This document shows positions 1-13,107 of a stretch of DNA of 64,000 bases, piece by piece (position 1 is the stretch's first letter; every line of letters starts with the position of its first letter). The DNA comes from Blastocystis sp. Blastoise. Taxonomy: Eukaryota; Protista; Bigyra: Opalinata. Location: contig JBBPEB010000014.1 of the NCBI GenBank assembly GCA_039096225.1, positions 186,001 through 250,000 on the forward strand, read 5' to 3'. A program made the position numbers and the translations under genes. The notes beneath the pieces were generated by a model. That model was given only the letters and a program-made list of their open reading frames with translations. It was not told the origin of the DNA and did not search any database.

Positions 1-298
1 AAGGATCATTTTCATGTTGACAAGAATCACGAACTGGCCAATATAATCCATATTCAGTATTACTATGTTGGAATGTAAATGAAGTCTCTTGAATATTTAA
101 TTGAAAGTTAGATTCTTTCATTAAAGGATAACCAATAGAATTCCAAAGTATCGCGATTTCGTTATATTTTGTGATGACTTCAGAACGACTGTTTAATGTG
201 ACTACAACACTCGACGAGTAGCTAAGTAAAAAGATAGACACACCCAAACAAATCACTATCAATGGAGTACCTACGATCATAACAATGGAGAAAAGCAT
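1..298 (-). CDS. Hypothetical membrane or secreted protein, 5' part; runs off the left window edge
   Basis: Open frame MLFSIVMIVGTPLIVICLGVSIFLLSYSSS...WPVRDSCQHENDP with an N-terminal hydrophobic helix. The start is uncertain. Confidence 0.4.
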   Translation of the reverse strand, partial: MLFSIVMIVGTPLIVICLGVSIFLLSYSSSVVVTLNSRSEVITKYNEIAILWNSIGYPLMKESNFQLNIQETSFTFQHSNTEYGLYWPVRDSCQHENDP

Positions 299-1743
299 TT
301 TTAAAGGTTCTTCGGCAATTTGAATAACAAATAATTTATGTAGAACATATGAATATCTTTATCCTTACACGAAAACAAACACTGACTCTTTGTGCGACAG
401 TTACATATTGCTGTTATTTTACTGATGTTTTCTCCTTTTTCTCCATCATTTCGTCATGAAAAGAATTAGATTATTCATGGAATATCGTATTATCTTCGTA
501 GATATTCCATCTTTGTCTCCAAAAAGATTATTCTATACATTGGTGTTTCATCAGGAAAAAGCCATTTTTTCGTTTTATTTCAATATCTTTCATAATAGCT
601 ATCTTATTGATATTGAAATATATTCAATACTAGATAGATGAGTAACTACTTTTATCCATTGAAGACCAAGTCTGTTAATATATTTTTTGAAACGAGTTTT
701 GAACTCATTGTTGTATATGTTAACTTAATATTTGTTTTCATATAACCAATATGCACACAGAATATTGACAGACAGTCAGTATATTTGCTGAAAGAATGTA
801 ATATCGTATTTCTCTATTTTTTTTTGATTAAATACGCAATGATCAATATATAACTTTATTCATTCTTGATAGGTGAAATATGTCTTTCACAATAATCAAA
901 TATTCTAAACATAAAAAATAACCATTCAAATACAGTTTTCCAAGTTTTTGTGACACTTTCCATCTAAGTCTAACAATTATTAGTAGTCTGTGATAGTCAG
1001 TCCAGTCACACACCTTAATAGAGATCTTATAAATAAGTGATACAAAATAAGTCTAATACCATAATAACTCAATGATATTATGGAAAAAGTTATTCAAATA
1101 TGATATTCACGATAGAACATACCCAATGTGTTTCATTAATACATGCACATAATATAAGGCACTCAATTTCATATATAGAAGCATTTTCTTAGCAATTAAT
1201 TGTTTCACATAGAAACTAAGATATAAACGGAAATAAACATAATATAAAGACAACCTCATTCCACACTACTCAAGCACACCTAAAGATCATCTTATTTATG
1301 TTAATCGAGAACTGACTTATCAATCAGTTATACACAAAATCTATTTTAGAATATTTCATCTATATAATATAGCATCAGAAAGCCTAATTTCATTTTTTAA
1401 ATAAAATAAACAGAGTGATGGATTATTAACAATGCTAAAAGGTGATTTCACTTATGTTTTGAATGAAGAAATACATTGAGAAGATGTTGAAATTACATCA
1501 TATACTAAAACAAAGTTAGAACCCGTAAATACTATTAAAAACTTGTTCTTTTTTAGTTGAGTTTTAGGAACAGTTTCTTTTTGGAAATGAGTTTTTTTCA
1601 GGAAAACGAGGAGTGATTGGTTATGTTATTTTATGATTTTTATAATGTGTTTTGGTTTTGATCAATCACTATCGAAATTATATACAGTTCAGTTTTATTT
1701 CTTCTTGTTTCTCAATAATACTTTTGTTCTTTAAATACATATC

Positions 1744-3408
1744 ATGAAGCGAGAAAATCTATTAATTATAAGTGCGACATATGGAAGAGGTTTTGAAAAC
1801 GGTTCCTATAATTTTGAAGTTAAATATGGAAAACATATTTGGGAATCATCTTTCTCTAATATATCGAGTAATCCAATTTTTAATTGTGGTACTGCTTTTG
1901 CATTAGGTCCTGAAAGTAAAATATTTGATAATCAATTATTTATAAAGGTCTATAAGAAAAAGACTGTTGGAGGAAGGTATTTTAATTATTGATAATGCTT
2001 TTTCTTTTGTTCAATTATGATAAAATTGAGTTTCTTATATTTGATTTTTTTTTATAGTTCTTTCTATGGTGACGTTCAATTGAATCTTGCTGAATGTATT
2101 TCTGGACCTAAATTTCCTATTATAAGAAACGTTGTTAACAAGAATGGCATTGTTGGACAGATTTTACTTCGTGGTCAAATTTTAGCTGATTTTGAAGACT
2201 TTTTACCTCCTGTAGAGAATTCTACTAAAGGAATCAAACCTATTGGTCTCTTGGTTTATGTTCCTTTATGTAATGTTGATGTATATATATAAGATTATTT
2301 ATGATAATATATTTATGATAATATATTTATGATAATATATTTATAATAATATATTAATGATAATATATTAATGATAATATATTTATAATAATATATTTAT
2401 GATAATATATTTATGATAATATATTTATGATAATCTATTTATAATAATATATTTATAATAATATATTTATAATAATGTATTTATAATAATATATTTATGA
2501 TAATATATTTATGATAATATATTTATGATAATATATTTATGATAATATATTTATGATAATATATTTATGATAATATATATATAATTATATTATTCTTTAG
2601 ATTGAAAACTTAATGGAACGAACTGCTTATGCTGAAATTCAGGTAGGTAAATTTAAAGATGTTACTGAGAATTATATTGGTAAAGAAAGTCCTGGTATAT
2701 AGTTTAAACATATATATATATAGTTTTCTTTTAGATTCTTTATAAATATATATTTAATTCTACAATGATTTCAATTATATTTATCTATATATATATAATC
2801 TAGCTTGGTTTACAAAGTTCTTTTACGAAGGCGATTCTATTGTTCCTGAAGATAAAATAACTGTTACTATATATAAGAAGAAACATTTCGGTTCTGATTG
2901 TTTAGGAAGTGTTCAAGTTCCTTTACAAGCTTTACTTAATGGATGCAAATATGAAAAGGATATACAAATATTAAATAAGAAAGGTCATAATACTGGATTC
3001 TCTGTACGTGTTCTAGGTCAATTAATCTATCCTTCTACATATACTGTTCCTCCTCAAGATGTTATGGAACGTCCTCATTCTTATAATCCTTCTATTCCTG
3101 CTCCTATTCCTGCTTCTATTCCTGCTCCTCAATATATACCTAATCCTTCTTATCCTCCTATGCAATTCCAACCTCAATTTATACCGCAACCTATTTATCC
3201 TTCTGTCCAACCTCAATATATACCATCTCAGCCTCAACCTCTTTTTCCTCCTATTCAACCTCAATATACTCAACCTCCTCCAATGCCTACTCAACCTCAG
3301 TATACTCAACCTCCTATGCAACCTCAGTATACTCAGCCTCCTCCAATGCCTTCTCAACCTCAAGGCATCTTCCCCTCTATGAATGGAGTCTATAATCCTT
3401 ATCAATAA
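1744..3408 (+). CDS. Tandem C2-domain protein with Pro/Gln/Tyr-rich C-terminal tail (4 exons)
   Basis: GT-AG introns at 1977-2057, 2281-2600 and 2695-2803 join two C2-like units (NPIFN...LFIKVYKKKTVGG...YGDVQLNL; PAWFTKF...ITVTIYKKKHFGSDCLGSVQVPL) to a QPQYTQPP tail. Confidence 0.7.
2298..2580 (+). repeat. 14-bp intronic minisatellite (TTTATGATAATATA)n
   Basis: About 20 near-identical tandem units fill intron 2 of the C2 gene. Confidence 0.9.
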
Positions 3409-3498
3409 ACTATTCAGTCTTTATTACATAGCTAGTGTACATTACCTTATTCTATATATTTATCGGAATATATTACTTTTTATTGTTCTTCTTTGTTC

Positions 3499-3506
3499 TG
3501 TTTGTT
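3499..3506 (+). promoter_or_regulatory. TGTTTGTT element, putative downstream polyadenylation signal
   Basis: Lies about 90 nt after the C2-gene stop. The same octamer follows the MORN gene. It matches the motif described downstream of Blastocystis poly(A) sites. Confidence 0.35.
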
Positions 3507-3860
3507 TCATATAAGTCGTTACCCAATCCTTATTATATTAACTTTTATTTTTAAAATACTAAAGTGTATGCATTTTGTAGTATTCGCTTTTTTTTTGTTG
3601 CTATTTAAAAATAAGTTATGTCATTATAGTTTATTCAACTTTATATATAGTTCTCTACTAATTTTCTATAATCATTAGTTTCATTAATAATCTTTTTAAT
3701 CTTTTTATTGTTTTGTTCCATTAGCAATCAATCATTTCCCATCAAGATATGAATAGTAGTTTCTTGTTTTATATGTTTATCTAATCAATGATAGTAACAT
3801 GTCATAATAAACAAAGCACGATAATAATTAACATATGTGAATAAATTGTGCTCAAAGAGC

Positions 3861-5144
3861 CTAAGGTTTTGTTGAATTATCAAGGTTATATTTTCGTTTT
3901 ATATCTTTCCAAGTTTGTACATATAGCTATAGAAATCATATATAAATATATATATATTTATATACATCATTAAAACTAGTAGCATGTCTCATCATTTCCA
4001 TATTATTAACATGATATCGCCTGCAGTTATCAATCATCAAGGTCATGTCCTTCTCGAAATCCTGAGGAGTAGCATACTTACCACTTTTGATCTTTTGCTA
4101 GATAATCAGTAACGAAAAGGGTATAATAGATTATAATAAGTAATAAATAGAATAGATATAATAATTAATAAATAGAATAGATTATAATAAGTAATAAATA
4201 GAATAAATAGAATAAATAGAATAAACATAATAAACATAATAAACATAATAAACATAATAAACAGAATAAATAGAATAAATAGAATAAACATAATGATACT
4301 CGAACAGTGGGTAGATCAATGGGCTGTTTCACTGTTTCCCAATAATTACGTAAGTTATTATTACAATACTTCTTTGTTAGTTTCTTTATATATATAATAT
4401 AAACATAATAAATAATTATATAAAAAGTATATATTATACAATAACAATATCTTATATATATACGATCATAAAGGGGTTATCAGTCTCGCTTGAAAGGACG
4501 TTATAATCACGTAACTTTGCAAATTCTGTCATTAATGCTTCGGTTAACTATATATATATAAAGAAGAAAACAATAGTAAAATAAGAAGACTATTTTGACT
4601 ACAATAATACATCTATATATATACTTGCTTAGAAGGATATACACGTACAACTGGCTCCGAAGGGGTCATAGAAATAGTTGAAACAGAATTATCCGATTTT
4701 ACAGAACTAACTGAATCTATCTATACAGTATTGACATATATCCAACGAAATAATAAAAAAATTATAAAAAAAATTATTATTCCAAAAATATACTGGAGAT
4801 AAAGGAGATAATATTGGCTCCTGCTTTCTGATTACAAAAGACTTCAATTCTTTATCATTAAGTACTTTTATATTCTTCTGTGTCAAAGGAGACCGTACAA
4901 TCTTCTCAAAACCTAATAATTATAATAATCTACAAAATGAAATAATACTCTCTGTATTATTCTTGGCATTCAATCGAAATTTTGTATTATTCTCATTTAT
5001 AATTGATGTACGTAATTTTTTTGAATTATATAATTCCTCTTCCGATAATAAGTTGTATCGTTTCAAAACATCATCCTTAGAAGAAAAAATATTCTGACCT
5101 TCTCTTATAGCAGTTGAATTATTGTTTGATTGAATACCGATCAT
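3861..5144 (-). CDS. Bromodomain-containing protein (multi-exon)
   Basis: Spliced exons give NPFMI-KLTKKYCNNNLRNYWETVKQPIDLPTVR-QKIKSGKYATPQDFEKDMTLMIDNCRRYH, a bromodomain signature. Stop TAG at 3861-3863. Confidence 0.8.
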
Positions 5145-5675
5145 GATGGATTATTCAATAAGTTATTAGTTTATTTAAAACAAATGAATATTTGTTCTTT
5201 TCTTTAAAAATATGTCTTCTTTTTCCTTCAGAAATTATTCTCCATGAATATCCACCTTTTATTACTAAGAAACTCAAAATATCCGTGATTTATCATAATT
5301 CTATTTCTTGTCTCTTTTTGAATGACTTATTATTGGAAAATACTTTGTAACTACTCGACAATATTGAGTACATACATGTGAAGTATCTATAGAATAATAA
5401 CACAAACAATTTGACACTCATTCATTATATTTTTGATTTTATATAATGTATGCTTGCTGAACAGAAAGCTATGAACTCTTTTATTTACAATAATTCTATT
5501 TAATATCAAAAGACTACATAAATAATCATAGAATACTCTTTGATGAATATAGTAGAAAATATACTGAACAATCAGCGAAAACCGAGATTATATTTTTCTT
5601 TTTTTTTTGAGTTTTCAATATTTTTTTTCTTTCATAAGATTATTTTATAATTGATTATATTCCTTTCTAATTGCA

Positions 5676-7062
5676 ATGTCTAATTCATCTGTAGATCCAT
5701 ACGAACTAAGCTTTACTGAATTAAAAGCTGAACTTAAAAAACGTGATCAAAGCACAAAAGGTAATAAAAGTGACTTAATCAACCGTCTTGTACAATGCAT
5801 TGATGAAGAAGATATTAATGGAGCACTTAATCAAGGTATTCTATTCCTATATATAAGATTTATTTAATAATTATTGGTTTATTAATGTTAAATTATAATT
5901 TGTTATAGATCCTCAAGTAGTCCATACATCAGAACAATCTCAAACCCAAGAATCAAGTGAACAGCCACTTTTATCTACTGAACAAATAGTTCCTTCTGTT
6001 TCTACTGAAACCAATAGAACTATTGAACAAAATTTACAAAACGAGACATCATCACAATTAACGGAACAATACACGAATTCTACTAGTCTTGCTGATTCTG
6101 AAGAAAAAGAAATTGTTCCAGATCAATCTGATGCTACTGGTAATTTTACTCAGCTTCTTAATCGTATTAACAAGTTTGGGACTACTCCTAATCCTACATT
6201 ACTTCAAAAGTTACGTCAAGAGAAGTATGGACGATTTTTACCTCAATCAGATCTTCGTGATCAATATATTGTTAAATTACAGAAAACTATGAAAGAGAAT
6301 CTTCAAGGAAAACCAGATAGTATTAAACAAGCAATAGACACTAAAAAGCAAGTCAAAAATCAACCTAAAAACAACTCAAAAAACACAAAAACTTCCTCTA
6401 CTACTGTTGCTATTTCTCAAAATAACAAAAAGCAAACAAAGAAGTCCGTGGAAACAACTCATAAACATCAACCTAAAGTTCAAGAACAATGGATTTCGGT
6501 AACTAATAATAATAATAAGAAACAGATAAATAATAATAATAAGAAACAGATAAATAATAATAATAAGAATCAAATTAATAATAATAATAAGAAACAAATA
6601 AATAATAATAAGAATCAAATTCATAATAATAATAAGAATCAAATTCATAATAATAATAAGAATCAAATTAATAACAATAATAAGAATCAAATTCATAATA
6701 ATAATAAGAATCAAATTAATAACAATAATAAGAATCAAATTCATAATAATAAGAAACAGCTTAATAACAATCAAATTCCAAGTCGAATGAATAACCGCGG
6801 TAATAATCAAATGAATATTCGTTCTAATTCCGGATGGAAACAACATAATAATGTTACCAATAAACCTAATTTACTATATCAAAACCAAGCTAGAAATAAT
6901 AAGAATCAAAATAACTGGAATAATGCTTTGAATAGTGTTCAAAACCAGCCACGTACAGCACGTGCTAATCATTCTATGACGCACAATTCATTATCTGTAA
7001 AAATGAATATGAGTCATAAGAGAAACAATTTCAACTCTAGAAAGATAGTGAATAGACACTAA
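5676..7062 (+). CDS. SAP-domain nucleic-acid-binding protein with Asn/Gln-rich tail (possibly SARNP/Tho1-like)
   Basis: N-terminal ELSFTELKAELKKRDQSTKGNKSDLINRL is a SAP motif. One GT-AG intron, with exon 2 starting at 5909. NNNNKNQI repeats follow. Confidence 0.7.
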
Positions 7063-7403
7063 TTATTATGAATACATATAAATATCATTTCTTCTTCTTC
7101 ATTCTTAATTCTTTTTTTCTTAAAATTACAATTATATATCTCTGCTCCTATTTATTTCTTAAAGTGATTACTGCATTATTATTAGAATATATATTTAAAT
7201 ATTACTTTATATCCAAATATTTAAAAGAAATTATTTGTTTACATATACTTTTGTTTCTTTTTTGAAGTAATTCACTATATTATTACTCTTCAAAATCAAT
7301 ATTATTTTAAACAATTATGATTTCTATATATAAACAGATAAACTAAAACAAATGCATCTATTACAAAAAAAATCAAATGGTAAATAAATAATAAAAAACG
7401 ATT

Positions 7404-8351
7404 TTATTTCTTCATGGCATATGTATATATTTCCATGAGTGCTGTTTTCATATGTTCTTCTTCTTGTGTATTAATACCATCCATCACAAACATCATATTT
7501 GTCATATATGACTCTTTATTATATCCTTCTTCATCAATTATACTTAACAAATAATTCAATAATGACGCACTTCTCTATTTAGAGAAGATATATAGAAATA
7601 TATAATATGTGAAGAAATTATACATATACTATACTAAGTTTATATATATATGTATACTTCAGGATGTTCTCTATCGATATAGGGTATAGCGTCAATTGAT
7701 TTAATAGCTAAGAGAACACAAATGTCAGGAATAACAGAAACACCAATAGTAGTAGAGGTAACAGTGGATATTCCTTGTTGGGTAGTCAATTTAATACCAT
7801 GAACCAACTGACGATATTGTTTACGATCTAATAATCTGAACATGGGAGCTCCGATTTGATTCATATTTATATATATATCCATATATTGTTGTATATATAC
7901 AGGAGAAGTAGAAGTAGAATAGAAAGAAGAATAGAGAGAGGAAAGATAGGAGGCTTGATCTTTTGGAAGAGGTTTAAGAATAGCAGGTAATTGTTGGATA
8001 TTTGTGACATTCTTTGGTTCTTGACTATTCTATATATATATATATATATATATAGGGATTATAGAATAAATAGAATAAACTAATAATGTAAATATGTTAT
8101 AAATATAATAAATACTTGATAGAAGAAATAGTTTACAACCATTTGGAGATTATTTTTGATATATATATGAATACACTTGGTATAATATGCATATAATTCT
8201 ATATTTCTGGCTATAGCATCAAGAAACTTGACATATAATTGGAAATTCTTCCACCACTCCTCCATTTCTCCCGCGGTTTTCTTCATTTCCAAACGATAAT
8301 TAATATCTTTTCCTTGTTTTGCTTCGATAACTAATTTATTATATATCTCCA

Positions 8352-8392
<41 letters not shown>

Positions 8393-8499
8393 ATAATAAG
8401 CATACATATTGGTTGCTAATAAAGGGGAGAGATAATTCTGAAAGAGGAGTGACGAGCTCAGCGTCATTCAAAGAAGGGTAAATCAATTAAAGATAATTA

Positions 8500-8530
<31 letters not shown>

Positions 8531-10657
8531 GGATATATAAAGATCATTAAGTTGAGTTTCAATGTCAGTTTTTAGAGGGATGAAAGGAAGTGAAAGAGAC
8601 TTCTATATATAAACAAACATTAATAGTAAGTATACTAATAAATAATAAATATATAAATAATAAATAATAAATAATAAATATATAAATATATAAATAATAA
8701 ACATAAATAAAAAACATAAACATAATAATAAATGTAAATATATAATATACCTCACTTGATATATCTTTCTTGCCTTTTCGTTTCTAGAAATATAGAATAT
8801 TAAACATATATAATAATATAATAATAAGTATATATTAATATACAGGTTTTATATCTTCTTCTTCTTCCTCATTAACCTTTCTATATATATATATATATAC
8901 GAATATAAATATATATATATATGAATATACTGAATAGAGACTGGATGGAGAAGTAGATATTGTTTTACAGTATTGTCCTTTTCTTTCTATTTATGAATGA
9001 CATATATAATATACAATATACATATATATATACACAAAGAATATTAACGATATTCGTTATGATTTCGCTTCGAACAAGGTATATTTCTTGACAAGTAAAC
9101 GCGAAAGAATGACCGTCATATTCGCGGGAGATAGAAGGAATTTGCTGATAAACCGCGGTAATATCCTCATCAGTAAAGGATGAAGGGAAATAAGCACTTC
9201 CATCTAAATAATAACAATCATCTTCTCTAAGCATGTCATACATATAAGCCTCAAAGTCCTTTATGAAAGAAATAGTAGTAATACAACTGGATAACTCGAC
9301 CAGATCCTCACGGGGACAGTAATTTGATAAAAAGGCTTTCATATTCTTTATCTATAATAATAATAATAATAATAATAAGAATAATAATAAATAGAATAAA
9401 AATATATACTTGATATTGTTTAGCCATTGTATCTGGTAAATAGAAGTTCGATAAGAAGAAGGAAGCACATGTATTTGTCTACAATTAATATATATATATA
9501 TAAATATATATACTTTCAGTTCTTCATGAATGGTTGGAGTAAAAATAAGAGATGATTGTGTTCCATGGAGAATATTCTGTTTAATATCTTCTATTAGGAC
9601 ATCCGTTACAGTTGGAACAGAAATAGTATAACTAAGAATTGTTATATATATGTATATAGTGTCATATTTAGAAAGATATTAATAAAAAATAATAATAATA
9701 AAAATACATTATACAGTAATATATATATACCGAGATGCAATTGTTTGAATATTAGCGGGCTTTTCTTGAGCTTGGAGGGAACCAGAAATAAAACTGGAAT
9801 CATAAGCAAGAGACTTCTGGATATAGAACAGTGAATAATAATAAAATAATAATATTAATGAATAAGAATAATATACTTTTGGATAAATAACATTATCTCT
9901 TATTTCAATATCATTATATTTATTCATATAATTCACAAAATAAGTATGTATATAGATTAAAGAACATATGGTTATAAAGAATAAATTATAATATAATATA
10001 ATATAATATAATATAATATAATATAATATAATATAATATAATATAATATAATATAATATAATATAATATAATATAATATAATATAATATAATATAAAAAG
10101 ATATTTATGATTTGCATAGACATATTATAATTTGTAGCTATTTCACCAATAGATCTCTTTCCATTAAATAAAACATCATAATACACATCATCAAATACTT
10201 GATGTACATAACTATATTTTATAAATAAAAATTAAACAAGAAAGAGAAATACTCTAAAGAAAGGAGATCTTGACCAATAAAGAAGTATTTGGATTCAGAA
10301 CTTATTATTATCTTAATACATCTTTCAATAGAAACAACATCTACATCCAAAAACAACTATATACATAAAATCTCAGAAAATTAGATACATACTGTTAATT
10401 GATCAAGACTAATTCTACCATTAAAGTTATTCAATTCACTAATAATATCAGAACAGAGTTTCTCTTCAGAATAAACACTTTTACAAACGCTGTTTGTTCT
10501 AAAAACGAATAAGTCATTCATAAATACTAAAATACACAATAAGATGAGCTTCTGAAGATATGTTCAACTGATCAATCAAATCTAATATATCATTTTCTGT
10601 AAAAGAAGAAAGTAATGGCAATATGGAAGCCGTTTTTTGTTTGTTATTTTCTGACAT
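7404..10657 (-). CDS. UFL1: E3 UFM1-protein ligase 1 homolog (multi-exon, includes two AT-AC introns)
   Basis: Spliced protein FTENDILDLIDQL...YSEEKLCSDIISELNNFNGRISLDQLT-LFLDVDVVSIE...GQDLLSL...GKRSIGEIATNYNMS...CASFFLSNFYL follows the UFL1 winged-helix repeat pattern. A basic KRKGKK linker exon is present. Confidence 0.75.
8478..8536 (-). other. U12-type AT-AC intron (59 nt)
   Basis: 5' ATATCCAT, branch-like ATCTTTAAT, 3' ...TGATTTAC. Removal restores the frame NDLY|PSLNDAEL. Confidence 0.8.
9948..10104 (-). other. U12-type AT-AC intron (157 nt), mostly a (TATAT)n repeat
   Basis: 5' ATATCTTT, branch-like TTCTTTAAT, 3' ...CTATATAC. Removal restores MQII-N-TYFVNYMNKY. No GT-AG alternative was found. 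Confidence 0.75.
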
Positions 10658-10953
10658 CGTTAGTATCAATTATATTCTATTTTTATCAATGATTAGTTGA
10701 AATAAATATATATCCATACTTCATATAAGATGCTTTATAAAATTGTCTTATTGTTTCGGATATTCATAAGAAACTCTAAAGAACACGGTCAAAAATACTT
10801 TTTTTCAGTTATTCCAAAGAATTGTCTTTGTTTTTGATTTTATCTTTTATTCTTTAGATTTGATCTAAAATCGTATTCCTAACTCAAATCTATTATTTGA
10901 CGAACGAAATTAGGTGATCTTTATTATTATTAACTATTCTTTCTTTTTTTTCA

Positions 10954-11457
10954 ATGTCGTATGCTGAAGATATATCTGAAAATGAACCATTTTCATCAAA
11001 ATGGATCTCCATTATTTTATTAGCAATCATTTGCTGTTTTGCTGGTTTCCCTTATAATATCATTAATCAACCATTGTCTTTTGGTACTGAGATATTATCT
11101 GACTTGAAAACAAAGGTAGTTGCTATTTCAACTGGCATTCATAGACAGTATATATACGATTATTCTGTATTCCATTAATAAGTAATTTATTCTCGGATTT
11201 TTTATTACTTACGAATCATTTATAGGTTTCTATTTGAGAGTTTTACAATTGTAATTATGTTTATGATGTTTATTGGTGGCTTCATTATTTTTGATCATAT
11301 AGAAGATAATAATTCAGATAAAGTCAAAAGGTATACTATTTATATATATATTTATATGGTCATTTCTCAATATTTTAGAACATTTTATTCTCAGTTGGCA
11401 ATGGTGATTATGTTGTTGAGTGTTTTATTAATTAATATATTTTATAGAATGAAGTAA
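10954..11457 (+). CDS. OSTC: Oligosaccharyltransferase subunit OSTC/DC2-like (3 exons)
   Basis: GFPYNIINQPLSFG...VVAISTGIHRQ-FLFESF...GGFIIFD and a C-terminal ...FYRMK match the OSTC/OST3-6 C-terminal family. Three hydrophobic segments. Confidence 0.75.
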
Positions 11458-11852
11458 TATAGATTGTTTTTCTAAATGATTCTTGTAGTTTGTTTAAATA
11501 TTTTATTGTATAACGAACTCATTGTAGATACATACATACTATTTTTGTAAAATAATTATTAAAATCATAATAAAATAACACAACAACAAATAAACTTATA
11601 AAAAGCGAATATCATTATTTATCAAACATATGATATGCAGTTATATAGGAAATAAGAATGAAAAAGCAAACTGTATATACACAACAAAAGTGATAAAATC
11701 CCCCAAGAATGAAAAATGATAATTAGGTAAAATAATGTATATAATGATAAAAGATATCTATAAAATAAGTATGAGAAATGATCAATTAAAATAAATATAA
11801 TAAAAGGAAAAATTATAATAGATGAGAGTACTATATTTATTTATAATATGGT

Positions 11853-13076
11853 TTAGTTTTTCATTTCCTTTTCATAAGATTCGACTAATTGGTTAGAAAT
11901 CGAGACGAGATTGGAATCATCTTTTTCACCTTGTTCTTTATACCATTGACAATACTGTTTTTCATATTTAATACCATTAGTAAAGTCTTTCTTAGCAATA
12001 TAAGTAAGTGAGACTTCACGAAGAGCAAGAGGATAAGAAGTAGATTTCTTATCAAGATGAGAAAGGACAGGAATGAAGGAGGCAAGGGACTTATCGACGA
12101 TACCTAGATCTCTGTAGCAAATACCAAGTTTAATCATAAGAAGAAGAGTGTTTTCACTGTAGAGACCTGAAGACATAATATAAACATCAAGAGCAAGACG
12201 ACAGTGAAGCATGGCTTCAATGACACAACCAGACTTAGAGAGATAAGTGGAGAGAGTAGCATGACAGAGAGCAGAATCAAGACTATCAACACCAATAAGA
12301 CGATCACAACAATTAAGAGCAATACGTTGATATTTAATAGCAGATTTGTAATCATGAAGCTAATATATTATATATATATAGTGACAGAGTATAGATATAT
12401 AATAATTATATATAAAGATAAATAGATATATAGAGAGAATAAGATAGCTGCCATACTACTGAGACAACGAATAATCATAGGATGTAAGAGACCATGAGTC
12501 TATAGAGATTATATATATATAAATAAAAAAAAATAAATAAATAAAATAAAATAAAAAAAAAAAAAATAAAATAAAATAAAAATAAAATAAATAAATATCA
12601 ATCTATATACAGTTAAGATGGTGAATATAATCATATGACATATTTTGAAAGCAGGAATGAGATTCATTTGTTCAAGATATTCTTCCATAGTAGAATATAA
12701 TTGTTGACATTGCATAATAGCATTAGGAGTATTAGCGATCTTAAGTTGAGGAATAAAAGAGAGAATATCTTCAGGAGTGAAGACATAATCAATATTAAGA
12801 TTATAAGTAGCAGCCTTAATAACAACACCTACTTGTTGAGATACACGACGAATGAGAGAAAGACGTTCACTTTCAATAATACGAAGAGAACCATCAGTAG
12901 CAGACCAATAAACAAGATGATAATGGTATAATTCTTGAATCTTAGCTTGTAATAAATCCCAAATACCCGCGGGAGTAACACCAAGAGAAGTAAGAGACTC
13001 TACAACCTTAGCAGGAACACGAACACTATAAATAAAATAATGATAAATAAATACAAAAAAAAAAAAAAAAAAAAAA

Positions 13077-13107
<31 letters not shown>

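Noticed and set aside
2298-2580. Regular repeats resembling CRISPR arrays (also 18015, 32036, 43655)
   Set aside because: Head-to-tail units without unique spacers, inside eukaryotic introns, with no cas genes.
7862-7900. GTATATA-starting stretch in UFL1 that looks like an intron
   Set aside because: It has no AG acceptor and reads through in frame (SPVYIQQYMDIYINMNQ), so it is treated as exon.
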